From positions 17,013 through 81,012 of the forward strand of contig CALVJO010000002.1 in NCBI GenBank assembly GCA_944332225.1: DNA of 64,000 nt. Direction: 5' to 3'. The DNA is from an uncultured Bacilli bacterium. Lineage in GTDB: Bacteria > Bacillota_I > Bacilli_A > RFN20 > CAG-449. This document shows positions 1 through 9,530 of this stretch, in pieces. The notes beneath the pieces are model-generated. The model ran no database searches and was not told where the DNA came from. It saw only the letters and a list, made by a program, of their open reading frames with translations. Position 1 is the first letter of the stretch; every line of letters begins with the position of its first letter. Both the position numbers and the translations under genes were made by a program.

Positions 1-532
1 GTATTTGTTTTCCTGTTTCATAATCTAACGCGCCGGTTGGTTCATCACAAAGTAAGATAGCAGGATTTTTTGCGATTGCTCTAGCTATCGCCACTCTTTG
101 CTGCTCGCCGCCTGAAAGCTGAGAAGGAAAGTTATTCATTCGATCCTTTAAACCAACTTTGATTAAGGTTTCTTCAGTGTTTAATGGCTTCTTTACAATC
201 TCGTTTGCAAGCTCAACATTCTCTTTCGCGGTTAAATGAGGCATAAGATTATAAAACTGAAAAACAAAGCCAACATCTTCTCTTCGATATAAGGTTAATT
301 GTTTTTCGTTAAATGATGAGATGACTTTATCTCCTACTTTGACGCTTCCAGAACTAATCGTGTCCATTCCTCCAAGAATGTTTAAAATTGTAGTTTTACC
401 AGCTCCAGAAGGACCAACCACCACGACAAATTCTCCTTCGTCGATTGTGAAGTTAACATCATCGTTAGCTTTGACAATCGTATCACCCATGTGATAGATT
501 TTGTCTACATTTTTGAATTCAATGAAACTCAT
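1..532 (-). CDS. ABC transporter ATP-binding protein, MacB/FtsE-like (3' end lies beyond window edge)
   Basis: Own minus-strand translation from the ATG at 532 gives MSFIEFKNVDKIYHMGD... It has Walker A GPSGAGKTT, signature LSGGEQQRVAIARA and Walker B ILLCDEPT. The start overlaps the stop of the upstream MarR gene (ATGA). Confidence 0.85.
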   Translation of the reverse strand, partial: MSFIEFKNVDKIYHMGDTIVKANDDVNFTIDEGEFVVVVGPSGAGKTTILNILGGMDTISSGSVKVGDKVISSFNEKQLTLYRREDVGFVFQFYNLMPHLTAKENVELANEIVKKPLNTEETLIKVGLKDRMNNFPSQLSGGEQQRVAIARAIAKNPAILLCDEPTGALDYETGKQI

Positions 533-948
533 ACAGTAACTCCTTTCATCTCTTCATTAATCATATGAAGCATATCGATAAGCTTTAGGGAGTTTTCTAA
601 ACCAATTTTTTCAAACAAGATTTGAAAGTATTGTTCGGCTCTTATCGCTTTATTTAAAAAATGCTGTAATCCTTTGTCGGTAGGTTTAATATCAAATTTT
701 CGATGATCTTCTTCATTAATTGAAAAAGTGATTAATCCTTTTTTTGACATTTCTTTCAATAAGGCGGAGATTCTCCCCTTTGAGACACTTAACCCATTCG
801 CCATTAGCTGAGGATTATAGATGTTATTAACAACTAAAAGCCGTAAAATCGCATCTTCTCCAGTTAAAAAAGTAGTTATTGTCTCAATTCCCTCGAGTCG
901 CATTAAGTTAATAAGTTCAGTAATAAATTGTTCTTGATATTTCTCCAT
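529..948 (-). CDS. MarR-family transcriptional regulator
   Basis: 139 aa with a winged-HTH-like segment LSVSKGRISALLKEMSKKGLITF...HRKFDIKPTDKG. Translationally coupled to the downstream ABC ATPase. Confidence 0.7.
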   Translation of the reverse strand: MEKYQEQFITELINLMRLEGIETITTFLTGEDAILRLLVVNNIYNPQLMANGLSVSKGRISALLKEMSKKGLITFSINEEDHRKFDIKPTDKGLQHFLNKAIRAEQYFQILFEKIGLENSLKLIDMLHMINEEMKGVTV

Positions 949-1029
949 AATATTTCTCTTAAAAATAGTATATGAAGGTAAACTATTACTGTCTATAAAT
1001 TATTGTGATTATCTAAAAAAATATTGATC

Positions 1030-1494
1030 TTAATCGTCTAAGTTATCGTTGATGGTTAGTTCTGAAAATAAGCGAGATACAGCGTTTAAATGATAATCAA
1101 TCTCTTCAAGCTTTTCTTGAGGTAGAGTTTCTAAGCGATCTTTTAAATCTTCGATGATAGCTTCATTGACTGAATTAATATAAGATGAACCATCTTTAGT
1201 TAAAGAAATCATTATCATTCTTCTATTATTAGGATTAATATCTCTTGATAATAAATTTAAAGAACATAGTAAATCGACAATCTTTGACATCTGTTGTTTT
1301 GACATATCAAAATACTGGGCTAAATCATTTAAAGATATATTTGAGTTTCTTTTAACTATCGCGATTACCCCAAATTGAAGATAAGATAGTTTAATATCAT
1401 TTATTTTAGGTATTCTAAAAACTCTCTTTCTATAACCTGGAAGAGTGACGATGACATTAGAGATGATTGATCTTAAAATTTCTTCTTTGTTCAT
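1030..1494 (-). CDS. MarR-family transcriptional regulator
   Basis: 154 aa. LSLNDLAQYFDMSKQQMSKIVDLLCSLNLLSRDINPNNRRMIMISLTKDG is a typical MarR wHTH plus wing. Divergent from the ABC exporter pair. Confidence 0.8.
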   Translation of the reverse strand: MNKEEILRSIISNVIVTLPGYRKRVFRIPKINDIKLSYLQFGVIAIVKRNSNISLNDLAQYFDMSKQQMSKIVDLLCSLNLLSRDINPNNRRMIMISLTKDGSSYINSVNEAIIEDLKDRLETLPQEKLEEIDYHLNAVSRLFSELTINDNLDD

Positions 1495-1509
1495 ATTTAA
1501 ACCAAGTAG

Positions 1510-1538
1510 ATGGTAAAGAAATTTAAACTCAATGTCAA
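1510..1538 (-). promoter_or_regulatory. Putative sigma-A promoter of the 154-aa MarR gene
   Basis: On the minus strand: TTGACA (1538-1533), 17 nt spacer, TACCAT (1515-1510). The -35 lies in the left arm of the palindrome. Confidence 0.4.
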
Positions 1539-1566
1539 CAAAAATTTATTGTAAATTTTTGTTGAC
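1534..1566. promoter_or_regulatory. Perfect 15-3-15 inverted repeat, candidate MarR operator
   Basis: GTCAACAAAAATTTA ttg TAAATTTTTGTTGAC read directly from the sequence. It sits between the divergent marR and ABC exporter genes. Confidence 0.6.
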
Positions 1567-1590
1567 TATAAATAGACTGATAACTAAAAT
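1562..1590 (+). promoter_or_regulatory. Putative sigma-A promoter of the ABC exporter operon
   Basis: TTGACT (1562-1567), 17 nt spacer, TAAAAT (1585-1590). AGGAGG follows at 1598-1603 and the ATG at 1609. Confidence 0.55.
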
Positions 1591-1608
1591 GTTTCACAGG
1601 AGGCGAAT

Positions 1609-3375
1609 ATGTTTAAAATTATCTTTAAAAACTTTAAAAGAAAAGATTATTTGATGGCAGTGGTCTCGATACTTTTAATCGTCTTAGGAGTCTATTTAGA
1701 TCTCTTAATGCCTGATTATATGTCAGAGATGACTAATGCCTTTTATACTAATTTTGAAATTATGGATATTATTATTCCTGGTATTAAGATGCTAGGATGC
1801 GCTTTAGGAAGCGGAATAATATCAGTTATCATCGGATTTTTTGTTTCTGTCATGGCTTCAAGCCTTGGCAAGAATCTAAGACGTAAAATGTTTAAAAAGG
1901 TTGAGAAGATGTCTCAGCATGATATCGATGCCTTCTCAACTCCTTCATTAATAACTAGAACAACTAATGATATCGTACAAGTACAAAATACCTTATCATT
2001 TGGCTTCCAAGTTATAATAAGGGCTCCAATTATCGCCGTTATCGCAATTTATAAAGTATGGAATCATGGTATCACCGGATGGGTGTTAGCTACTGCAATT
2101 GCAGTCTGCGTCATGGTTTTATTACTCGGAGTCATTATTATCCTCTGCGTGCCAAAGTTTAGAAAAGTTCAAAAGTTAACTGATGATGTTAACGAAGTAT
2201 CAAGAGAAAATTTGACAGGCTTAAGAGTTATTAAAGCATTTAACGCAGAAGAATATCAACTTAATAAATTTTCTAAAACAAATAATACTTTAACTAATAA
2301 CAATTTATTCACAGGCGTGGTCATGGCTTTCTTAAACCCGATCATGAATTTAATGATGAATGGGTTAACCTTAGCTATATATTGGATAGGTGCCTACGCG
2401 ATTGATGAGACAATAGGCTTAGAAAATCAGGCTGATTTATTCTCTCGAATGGTAGTGTTTTCATCCTATGCGATGCAGGTGGTCATGGCTTTCTTACTAT
2501 TAGTTGCTATATTTATGATTCTTCCAAGAGCCTTAGTCTCGGCAAGACGTATAAATGAAGTATTAGATACGGAGATAGAAATTAAGGAAGGAAGCTTTGA
2601 TCAAGACACGGAAGTCAAAGGTAAAGTCAAATTTGAAAATGTCTCATTTTCTTACAATGATTCAAAAGAGCAAGGAAAAGAAAATGTTCTTGAAAATATT
2701 TCCTTTGAAGTTAATAAAGGTCAAACACTTGCCTTCATCGGGGCAACTGGATCTGGAAAAACCACTTTATTAAATTTAATCGTTAGATTTTATGATCCAA
2801 GTGAAGGAAAGATAACTATCGATGATGTTGATGTTAAAGATTATAAGTTTGATACTTTATACAATAAAATCGGTTATGTTTCTCAAAAATCAATCTTATT
2901 CCAAGGAACCATCAAAGATAATGTTTTCTATGGTGAAAGCTCCGCGGTTGAAGATGATGAAAACTTAAAACAGGCTCTATATGTTTCTTCAGCTGAAGAG
3001 TTTGTTAATTCTAAAGAAAACAAAGAACTTTATGAGGTGGAACAAGCTGGAAAGAATCTTTCTGGTGGACAAAAGCAAAGATTATCAATCGCTAGAGCGG
3101 TAGCTAGAAAACCAGAGATCATCATCTTTGATGATTCATTCTCGGCTCTTGATTACAAAACTGATTTTGAAGTTAGAGATAAATTATCTAAAGCTTTACC
3201 TAATACCACGAAAATTATAGTTGCCCAAAGAATTGGAACGATTAAGCATGCTGATCAAATTATTGTATTAGATGAAGGAAAAATCGTTGGAAAGGGAACT
3301 CACGATGAATTAATAAAGAATTGTAAAGTCTATCAAGAGATTGCTCTTTCTCAATTATCAAAGGAGGAATTATAG
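1609..3375 (+). CDS. ABC exporter permease/ATPase fusion, subunit 1 of a heterodimeric type-I exporter (degenerate-site subunit)
   Basis: 588 aa with a 6-TM N-terminal domain. Walker A GATGSGKTT and signature LSGGQKQRLSIARA are present. Walker B is IIIFDDSFS, which lacks the catalytic Glu. Confidence 0.85.
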   Translation: MFKIIFKNFKRKDYLMAVVSILLIVLGVYLDLLMPDYMSEMTNAFYTNFEIMDIIIPGIKMLGCALGSGIISVIIGFFVSVMASSLGKNLRRKMFKKVEKMSQHDIDAFSTPSLITRTTNDIVQVQNTLSFGFQVIIRAPIIAVIAIYKVWNHGITGWVLATAIAVCVMVLLLGVIIILCVPKFRKVQKLTDDVNEVSRENLTGLRVIKAFNAEEYQLNKFSKTNNTLTNNNLFTGVVMAFLNPIMNLMMNGLTLAIYWIGAYAIDETIGLENQADLFSRMVVFSSYAMQVVMAFLLLVAIFMILPRALVSARRINEVLDTEIEIKEGSFDQDTEVKGKVKFENVSFSYNDSKEQGKENVLENISFEVNKGQTLAFIGATGSGKTTLLNLIVRFYDPSEGKITIDDVDVKDYKFDTLYNKIGYVSQKSILFQGTIKDNVFYGESSAVEDDENLKQALYVSSAEEFVNSKENKELYEVEQAGKNLSGGQKQRLSIARAVARKPEIIIFDDSFSALDYKTDFEVRDKLSKALPNTTKIIVAQRIGTIKHADQIIVLDEGKIVGKGTHDELIKNCKVYQEIALSQLSKEEL

Positions 3376-3376
3376 T

Positions 3377-5170
3377 ATGCCTACACATGGAATGAACAAA
3401 ACTGTTGCAGTTAATTATAAAGGCAATATTTTCGCTTCTTTGAAAAAATTAGCGGCCTACTCTAGACGTTATTTACCATTTATGATAGTCAGCATCATCT
3501 TAGCTATGGTTTCAGCTTGTTTATCATTATATGGTCCAAATCAGATACAAGAAGTAACTAATTTGATTTCTCAAGGCACAATCCAAGGCAACATGGATTT
3601 AGAGAAGATTGTCAGTATCTTTATTATCTTATTAATTATCTATGTTTCTTCTGCTGTCTTATCTTATATTCAGCATTCTTCGATGAATGTCATCACTAAC
3701 TTGATATCAAAGAATCTTAGACAAGATATAAACGTAAAGATTAATAAAGTACCATTAAAGTTTATTGATGGATCATCTACTGGAGATATCTTAAGTATCG
3801 TCACTAATGACGTTGATTTAGTTTCTCAAGGATTAAACAGCTCAATTGCTGCCTTGTTTGCTAGCGTCACCCTTTTGCTAGGATGCGTCATCATGATGTT
3901 TGTCACAAATTATATCTTAGCTTTCACTGCGATTCTTTCTACTTTTGCTGGTTTCTTATTGATGCTCTTAATAATGCAAAAATCTCAAAAGTACTTCTTA
4001 TATAAACAAAATATGGTTGGTAAAGTTAATGGAGTAGTTGAAGAGATATATTCTAATCATTCGATTGTTAGAGTGTCTAATGGTCAAAAAGAAAATTATG
4101 ATAAGTTTTCCGCTTTGAATGAAAATCTTTATCAAACTGACTATAAATCATCATTTTTATCGATGATGATGCAACCTTTAATGGCTTTCATCGGTAACTT
4201 TGGCTATGCGATGGTTTGTATAATTGGAGGAATCTTGATGTTCTATGATCTAACTGATATAGGAACAATTATTGCCTTTATCATGTACACTAGATTATTT
4301 TCATCTCCTCTATCTCAAATTGCTCAAGCATTCAACTATTTACAACAAACCGCCGCGGCGAGCGATCGAATCTTTAAATTCTTAGAAGTGGAAGAATTAG
4401 AAGATGAATCTTATAAAACTACTGTTCTTTCTAAAGAAAATTTAAAGGGTGATGTTGAATTTGACCATATTCAATTTGGTTATGATCCAGGTAAAATAAT
4501 TATTAAAGACTTCTCTTTAAAAATTGGAGGAGGTAAGAAGATAGCAATAGTTGGCCCTACCGGCGCGGGTAAAACAACTTTAGTTAACTTATTGATGAGA
4601 TTTTACGAATTGAATTCTGGACAAATTAAAATTGATGATGTCTCGTTAAAAGATGTAACTAGAGAGAATGTTCATGAACTATTTGGAATGGTTTTACAAG
4701 ATACTTGGCTATTTAAAGGAACTATTCGTGAAAATTTAAAATATAATAACGATGTAACTGACGAAGATATGATCAAAGCTTCTAAAACCTGTGGAGTGCA
4801 TCACTTCATCATGACTTTACCTCAAGGATATGACACGATTTTAGATGATTCATTAAATATTTCTTCAGGTCAAAAGCAGCTTCTAACTATCACGCGCGCG
4901 ATGATACAAAACGCTCCGATGCTGATTCTTGATGAAGCTACTTCCTCAGTTGATACGAGAACTGAATTAATCATTCAAAAGGCAATGGATGAATTGACTA
5001 AAAATAGAACGTCCTTTGTTATCGCTCACCGTCTTTCCACAATTAAAAACGCCGATCTAATCTTAGTGATGAAAGATGGTAATATAATTGAGCAAGGTAA
5101 CCATGAAGAATTACTAAAGCAAAATGGTTTCTATGCTACTTTATATAATTCTCAGTTCCAAGAAGTCTAA
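3377..5170 (+). CDS. ABC exporter permease/ATPase fusion, subunit 2 (consensus Walker B, degenerate signature)
   Basis: Start moved to the ATG at 3377, behind AAGGAGG (3361-3367). Walker A is GPTGAGKTT and Walker B is LILDEATSSVD. The signature is ISSGQKQLLTITRA rather than LSGGQ. Confidence 0.85.
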   Translation: MPTHGMNKTVAVNYKGNIFASLKKLAAYSRRYLPFMIVSIILAMVSACLSLYGPNQIQEVTNLISQGTIQGNMDLEKIVSIFIILLIIYVSSAVLSYIQHSSMNVITNLISKNLRQDINVKINKVPLKFIDGSSTGDILSIVTNDVDLVSQGLNSSIAALFASVTLLLGCVIMMFVTNYILAFTAILSTFAGFLLMLLIMQKSQKYFLYKQNMVGKVNGVVEEIYSNHSIVRVSNGQKENYDKFSALNENLYQTDYKSSFLSMMMQPLMAFIGNFGYAMVCIIGGILMFYDLTDIGTIIAFIMYTRLFSSPLSQIAQAFNYLQQTAAASDRIFKFLEVEELEDESYKTTVLSKENLKGDVEFDHIQFGYDPGKIIIKDFSLKIGGGKKIAIVGPTGAGKTTLVNLLMRFYELNSGQIKIDDVSLKDVTRENVHELFGMVLQDTWLFKGTIRENLKYNNDVTDEDMIKASKTCGVHHFIMTLPQGYDTILDDSLNISSGQKQLLTITRAMIQNAPMLILDEATSSVDTRTELIIQKAMDELTKNRTSFVIAHRLSTIKNADLILVMKDGNIIEQGNHEELLKQNGFYATLYNSQFQEV

Positions 5171-5179
5171 AAATAAATG

Positions 5180-5205
5180 CGTCGCAGATTCTGCGACGTT
5201 TTATT
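5180..5205 (+). terminator. Rho-independent terminator
   Basis: CGTCGCAG att CTGCGACG followed by TTTTATT. Confidence 0.8.
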
Positions 5206-6144
5206 ATGTCTAAATCCTTGAAAGAATTGTTCTTATCTTCTATATTTTATATGGAGATTGATATGGAAAATAAAAGTCCTAAATTAACCCCTAAAAAAAT
5301 AGAAATCATAGGATGCGTAGCCTTTTTTAGCTTGCTTCTTATTGCAATGATAAGCATCGCAACAAGTGAAAACGTCACAAGCGATTTTGAAAAAAATCTA
5401 TATATTGGAATAGCTATTAGCTTAGTAGTTCTTGCTTTTATCTCTATAATTACTACATTAATTATCAAAATAAAGGTGCAAAGAAAAAATAAAGAAGAAT
5501 CATTAATAGCTAAAGGTATTGATATAAATAGTTATGGAAAAAATTTATATTTAAAATTTAGTATGATTAAAGGTTATAAAGAGATTCGTTTATTTACGAT
5601 AATTTGTTTATCTCTTTTCTCTTTAGGTGCGATTCTTGGAATTTTATCTATTTTCTTTATAGGTAACGAAATACCCTTCAGCGTTTTATTAATATTAGGA
5701 ATTATCATAGGTTTTTTCCCTTTGCTTATCGGGTCAATTATTCTACTTATGTATTTATCAAATTTTAAATATTTAAAAAGAAATGCGATGAATGATAGCT
5801 TTGATAAAGTTGTAAATGGTGAAGTTTTAGGTTGTAACAGCCCTTCATTAATTCCATTTAAAACTAAAAAGGCTAAGGAAAATGAATTTACCCCTAGCTT
5901 AGAAATTGCTCTTGCTGAAGGTGAAACAATTCAAGAAATATTAAGACCTTTTATGCTTTATGATGAATATGTTGAAGTCAAAGTTACTGATGAACATGAT
6001 ACTAAAACAGTCTATCGTTTGTTTGCCTTCTTCGTTTTTAAATCTAAAGGTTTTAAAGATGTAGTAAGTAAAAATTCTAAGATAAAAGGAAGAATTATCG
6101 CTTTAAATGATGGTAGAAAATTTTTTGTAGCAACATACGATTAA
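5206..6144 (+). CDS. Hypothetical membrane protein (about 4-5 TM plus C-terminal soluble domain); start uncertain
   Basis: Long ORF with hydrophobic segments. The first ATG abuts the terminator. In-frame ATGs at 5251 and 5263 (GGAG 6 nt upstream) are more plausible starts. No family recognised. Confidence 0.5.
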   Translation: MSKSLKELFLSSIFYMEIDMENKSPKLTPKKIEIIGCVAFFSLLLIAMISIATSENVTSDFEKNLYIGIAISLVVLAFISIITTLIIKIKVQRKNKEESLIAKGIDINSYGKNLYLKFSMIKGYKEIRLFTIICLSLFSLGAILGILSIFFIGNEIPFSVLLILGIIIGFFPLLIGSIILLMYLSNFKYLKRNAMNDSFDKVVNGEVLGCNSPSLIPFKTKKAKENEFTPSLEIALAEGETIQEILRPFMLYDEYVEVKVTDEHDTKTVYRLFAFFVFKSKGFKDVVSKNSKIKGRIIALNDGRKFFVATYD

Positions 6145-6200
6145 AAATAAAACTAGAAAAACTAAAAATAATATTTAGAATATATCGAGGAGGAATATAT

Positions 6201-7352
6201 ATGGAAGTTATCAAAAACATTATTAATATCGGACAAGACGATCCAAAGCAAACATTATTTGAAGGACAGTATAAAATTGAACATGGAATCAGATACAATT
6301 CTTATCTAATTTTAGATGATAAAACCTGCTTAGTTGACACAATCGATCGTGAAGTAAGTAAACAATGGTTTGAAGATTTACAAAAAGCATTAGACGGAAG
6401 AAATTTAGACTATTTAGTAATCTCCCATCTTGAACCTGACCACGCCTATTCGATTCCGATGATCTTAAAAGCTTATAAAGATGTAAAAATCGTGATCACC
6501 ATGGCAGGATTTAAAATGCTTCAAAACTTTTTAAATGATTATACTTTCAATAATGATAACATCACTTTTGCTAAAGAAGGGGACGTTCTGTCTTTAGGTG
6601 AGCATAATCTTAAATTTATCATGGCGCCTTTTATTCACTGGCCAGAAGTCATGATGGAATATGAGATGACTAGTAAAACTCTATTCTCCGCGGATGCCTT
6701 CGGTAGATTTGGAACTTATGATTATAATGATGATAATTTAGATGAATCTAGACGTTATTATATCGGTATCGTTGGAAAATATGGTTCATTTGTTAAAAAT
6801 CTATTAACTAAAGCTGGAAATTTAGAAATTAATCGAATCGCACCTTTACATGGTAACGTAATTGAAAAGGACTCATTAGGAAAATATCTTGATGCTTATT
6901 CAAAATGGGCAAGCTATCAGAGTGAAGATAATGATGTGACTATCGTCGTTTCTTCAGTTTATGGAAATACCTTAGACGCATCAAAATTTTTAGAAAATGA
7001 GTTGATCAAAGCTGGTAAGAAGGTTAATTTATTTTATCTTAACCACGATGATTTTCATCAAGCGATTGCCTATTCCTTTAAATCTCAAAATTTAGTTTTA
7101 TTTTCAATAACCTACAATAATGATATCTTCCCGGTGATGAAATCATATATTGATGGATTAAAAGAGAGAAACTTCCAAAATAAGAATGTTTATCTTATTG
7201 AAAATGGATCTTGGGGACCTTTAGCTAACAAACTTGAAAAAGAAATGTTCTCTGAAATGAAAGATATCAAGATTTTAAAAGAGCTGAGAATCATGTCTAG
7301 AATGAACCAAAAGAACAAAGAAGAGTTAATCTCTTTAGCAAAAGAAATATAA
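6201..7352 (+). CDS. Flavodiiron protein (FprA-type: metallo-beta-lactamase-like plus flavodoxin-like domains)
   Basis: YNSYLILDDKTCLVDT, diiron motif HLEPDHAY, HWPEVMMEY, LFSADAFG, and a C-terminal flavodoxin-like VVSSVYGNT. GGAGG lies before the ATG. Confidence 0.8.
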   Translation: MEVIKNIINIGQDDPKQTLFEGQYKIEHGIRYNSYLILDDKTCLVDTIDREVSKQWFEDLQKALDGRNLDYLVISHLEPDHAYSIPMILKAYKDVKIVITMAGFKMLQNFLNDYTFNNDNITFAKEGDVLSLGEHNLKFIMAPFIHWPEVMMEYEMTSKTLFSADAFGRFGTYDYNDDNLDESRRYYIGIVGKYGSFVKNLLTKAGNLEINRIAPLHGNVIEKDSLGKYLDAYSKWASYQSEDNDVTIVVSSVYGNTLDASKFLENELIKAGKKVNLFYLNHDDFHQAIAYSFKSQNLVLFSITYNNDIFPVMKSYIDGLKERNFQNKNVYLIENGSWGPLANKLEKEMFSEMKDIKILKELRIMSRMNQKNKEELISLAKEI

Positions 7353-7378
7353 ACTGATAGCTTTTTATATTAAATTTT

Positions 7379-7425
7379 AATCGCTTTATAGAATTAAAAA
7401 ATCTATTGAGCGATTTTTCTTTTTA
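7379..7425 (+). terminator. Rho-independent terminator
   Basis: AATCGCT...AGCGATT stem followed by TTTTCTTTTT. Confidence 0.6.
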
Positions 7426-7450
7426 ATATTTATATAACATTGTAAAAAAC

Positions 7451-7478
7451 TTGAAAAAAATCTCCCCTAGGGTAAAAT
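7451..7478 (+). promoter_or_regulatory. Putative sigma-A promoter
   Basis: TTGAAA (7451-7456), 16 nt spacer, TAAAAT (7473-7478), upstream of the ltaS-like gene. Confidence 0.5.
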
Positions 7479-7517
7479 TTGCAAATGAAAGGTGAATTCT
7501 TTTAACGAGGTTTTTTA

Positions 7518-9530
7518 ATGGAAGAGATTAAGAACAAAAACTTTATTTTAAAACTTACTGAGTACATCTTATTCATTGTTTTTTATTTTGCTTTTGAACT
7601 TGTATTATATGGAGTAATTAGCAATTTTGCTTTTCCAACATATATGATTTTGGATATCGTTATTATCTTAGCTTTAGGTATCCCAGTTTTTTTCACTAAA
7701 AATACTGTTTTTGATCGCATTTACTTATTTACTTTAATGTTTATAATCGGAGTTTTAGTCGGAGCGAATGTCACTTTTTATTCTTGCTTTGGTGATATAT
7801 TCTCTTTATATAATTTAGCCTTTGCTAAGCAAGGAATGGCAATCGCTTTAAATCCAGCTTGGTTTAGATTCGATTTAATCGCACTTTTAGTTGTTATATA
7901 TGCCTGTTTTGTCACTTTAGTTTGTTTAGCTAATAAATATATTAAACAACCAGTTAATGAATTTGCACCTCGTAAGAGCAAACCAGTTCAACATAAAAAG
8001 TTCTTAGTTTCATTGGCTTTATTTGTCTCATGTTTCTCTCTTTACGGTATTTCTCAAACCATAGTCAATAACAATCAAGGTGAGCAACCATTAAGAGAAA
8101 AAATCATAACTATGTCCAAAAGAACCAATTTTAAAAAATATGGCATGCTTTCTTATTATATTCAGGAGCTTGATTATTTAGTAAATGGCGCGCCGTTATT
8201 GTCTGATGCTGAGATGATTAATTATTTTTCATTAAAGCAAGAACACGATAATGATTATACCGGCTTATTAGAAGGAAAAAATGTCTTCGTAATCATGGTT
8301 GAAACCGGCGATGATTTAATGATCAATGAGACATTGACGCCTAATATGTATAAACTTACTCAAGATTCCTTATATTGCACGAATAATTATTCTAAAAATA
8401 AAACTAATGTTTCTGAATTTATCGGCATGGTTGGAACCGCGCCAACAAGCGGAATCTGGGGACAAAATGAAGATCAGCATTATGTCTTACCTTTTTCATC
8501 TATAAGCATGTTAGATGATACATATAACACAATGTATTTTCATGATGTAGGAACTGAAGAAGATAATGATACAGATATTTATTCTCGTTATGAATTAATG
8601 CCTAAATTAGGATTTGATGAGATTTATTTCCATGAGCAACTTTGTTCAAGCGACGAACCTATTTGGTCATGGAACGGTGATTACACTTTTGATTCAATAA
8701 CTATGCCAAAAGTGGCTGATACCGTTCTCTCTAGCAACGAACCTTTCTATGCTTTTTATACATCTTTAGGCATGCATGGCCCTTACTGCAATCGATTGAA
8801 TCAAGATCTTCTCGAAGAGAATTATGGAGATGAGTTGACTCAAGCTAAAGAAAACGGTGATTGGATCAATGTTTTAGAAGCAAGAGGAGATGAAGAAAAC
8901 GCTCCAGCATTAGATACTTATATGATGTGCGCGATGGATTTTGATAAAGGCCTAGGAGATTTATTTGCTAGATTTGAAGAAGCAGGTAAGATGGATGATA
9001 CATTATTCGTTATCTATGGTGACCATGAACTCTACTATACCGGATACGATGGAAATCCACTTTCTTTAACTATTGCTGAGCATGAAGAAAATTCATTCTA
9101 TGATATTTATTCGACTGTTCTATTCTTTAAAAATGATGATTTGGTCGATAAATATCGATCGGTTAATGGTTCAAATCAAGTGAATTTCTTCACATCACCT
9201 TTAGATATCGTTCCGACTACTTTAGATTTATTAGGAATCGATTATAATAATAATTTCTATATGGGAGATTCATTATTCTCTATAGATGAAAATGATGTTA
9301 GATTATTTTATTCATTAGAGCTTGGAGCCTTCTTCAATGAATACTATTGGGCTTCAAACGACACGATGGTTGAAAAAACTTTTGTCACTAATCCTCCTTA
9401 TTCAGAAGAAGTATTCTTAAAAGAAGTATCCGATGTTATGGATAAACAAGCTTATATGGATATCATTTACACGAATGATTATTTCTATACTAGAGACTTT
9501 AACGATTATCTTTATTACGAGGAAAAATGA
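7518..9530 (+). CDS. LtaS-type membrane sulfatase-fold enzyme (lipoteichoic acid synthase family / phosphoglycerol transferase)
   Basis: 670 aa with 5 N-terminal TM helices plus an extracytoplasmic domain. Motifs are VIMVETGD (metal Glu), NKTNVSEF (LtaS GKTSDSEF, catalytic Thr), GMHGPY and IYGDHE. Confidence 0.75.
   Translation: MEEIKNKNFILKLTEYILFIVFYFAFELVLYGVISNFAFPTYMILDIVIILALGIPVFFTKNTVFDRIYLFTLMFIIGVLVGANVTFYSCFGDIFSLYNLAFAKQGMAIALNPAWFRFDLIALLVVIYACFVTLVCLANKYIKQPVNEFAPRKSKPVQHKKFLVSLALFVSCFSLYGISQTIVNNNQGEQPLREKIITMSKRTNFKKYGMLSYYIQELDYLVNGAPLLSDAEMINYFSLKQEHDNDYTGLLEGKNVFVIMVETGDDLMINETLTPNMYKLTQDSLYCTNNYSKNKTNVSEFIGMVGTAPTSGIWGQNEDQHYVLPFSSISMLDDTYNTMYFHDVGTEEDNDTDIYSRYELMPKLGFDEIYFHEQLCSSDEPIWSWNGDYTFDSITMPKVADTVLSSNEPFYAFYTSLGMHGPYCNRLNQDLLEENYGDELTQAKENGDWINVLEARGDEENAPALDTYMMCAMDFDKGLGDLFARFEEAGKMDDTLFVIYGDHELYYTGYDGNPLSLTIAEHEENSFYDIYSTVLFFKNDDLVDKYRSVNGSNQVNFFTSPLDIVPTTLDLLGIDYNNNFYMGDSLFSIDENDVRLFYSLELGAFFNEYYWASNDTMVEKTFVTNPPYSEEVFLKEVSDVMDKQAYMDIIYTNDYFYTRDFNDYLYYEEK

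Noticed and set aside
3341-3376. N-terminal extensions of track ORFs. These are 3341, 13870, 25873, 35468, 37703, 53377 and 60247, plus the TTG at 52572.
   Set aside because: In each case an internal ATG with a good AGGAGG/GGAGG spacing gives the conserved protein N-terminus. The longer forms overlap upstream genes, promoters or terminators.
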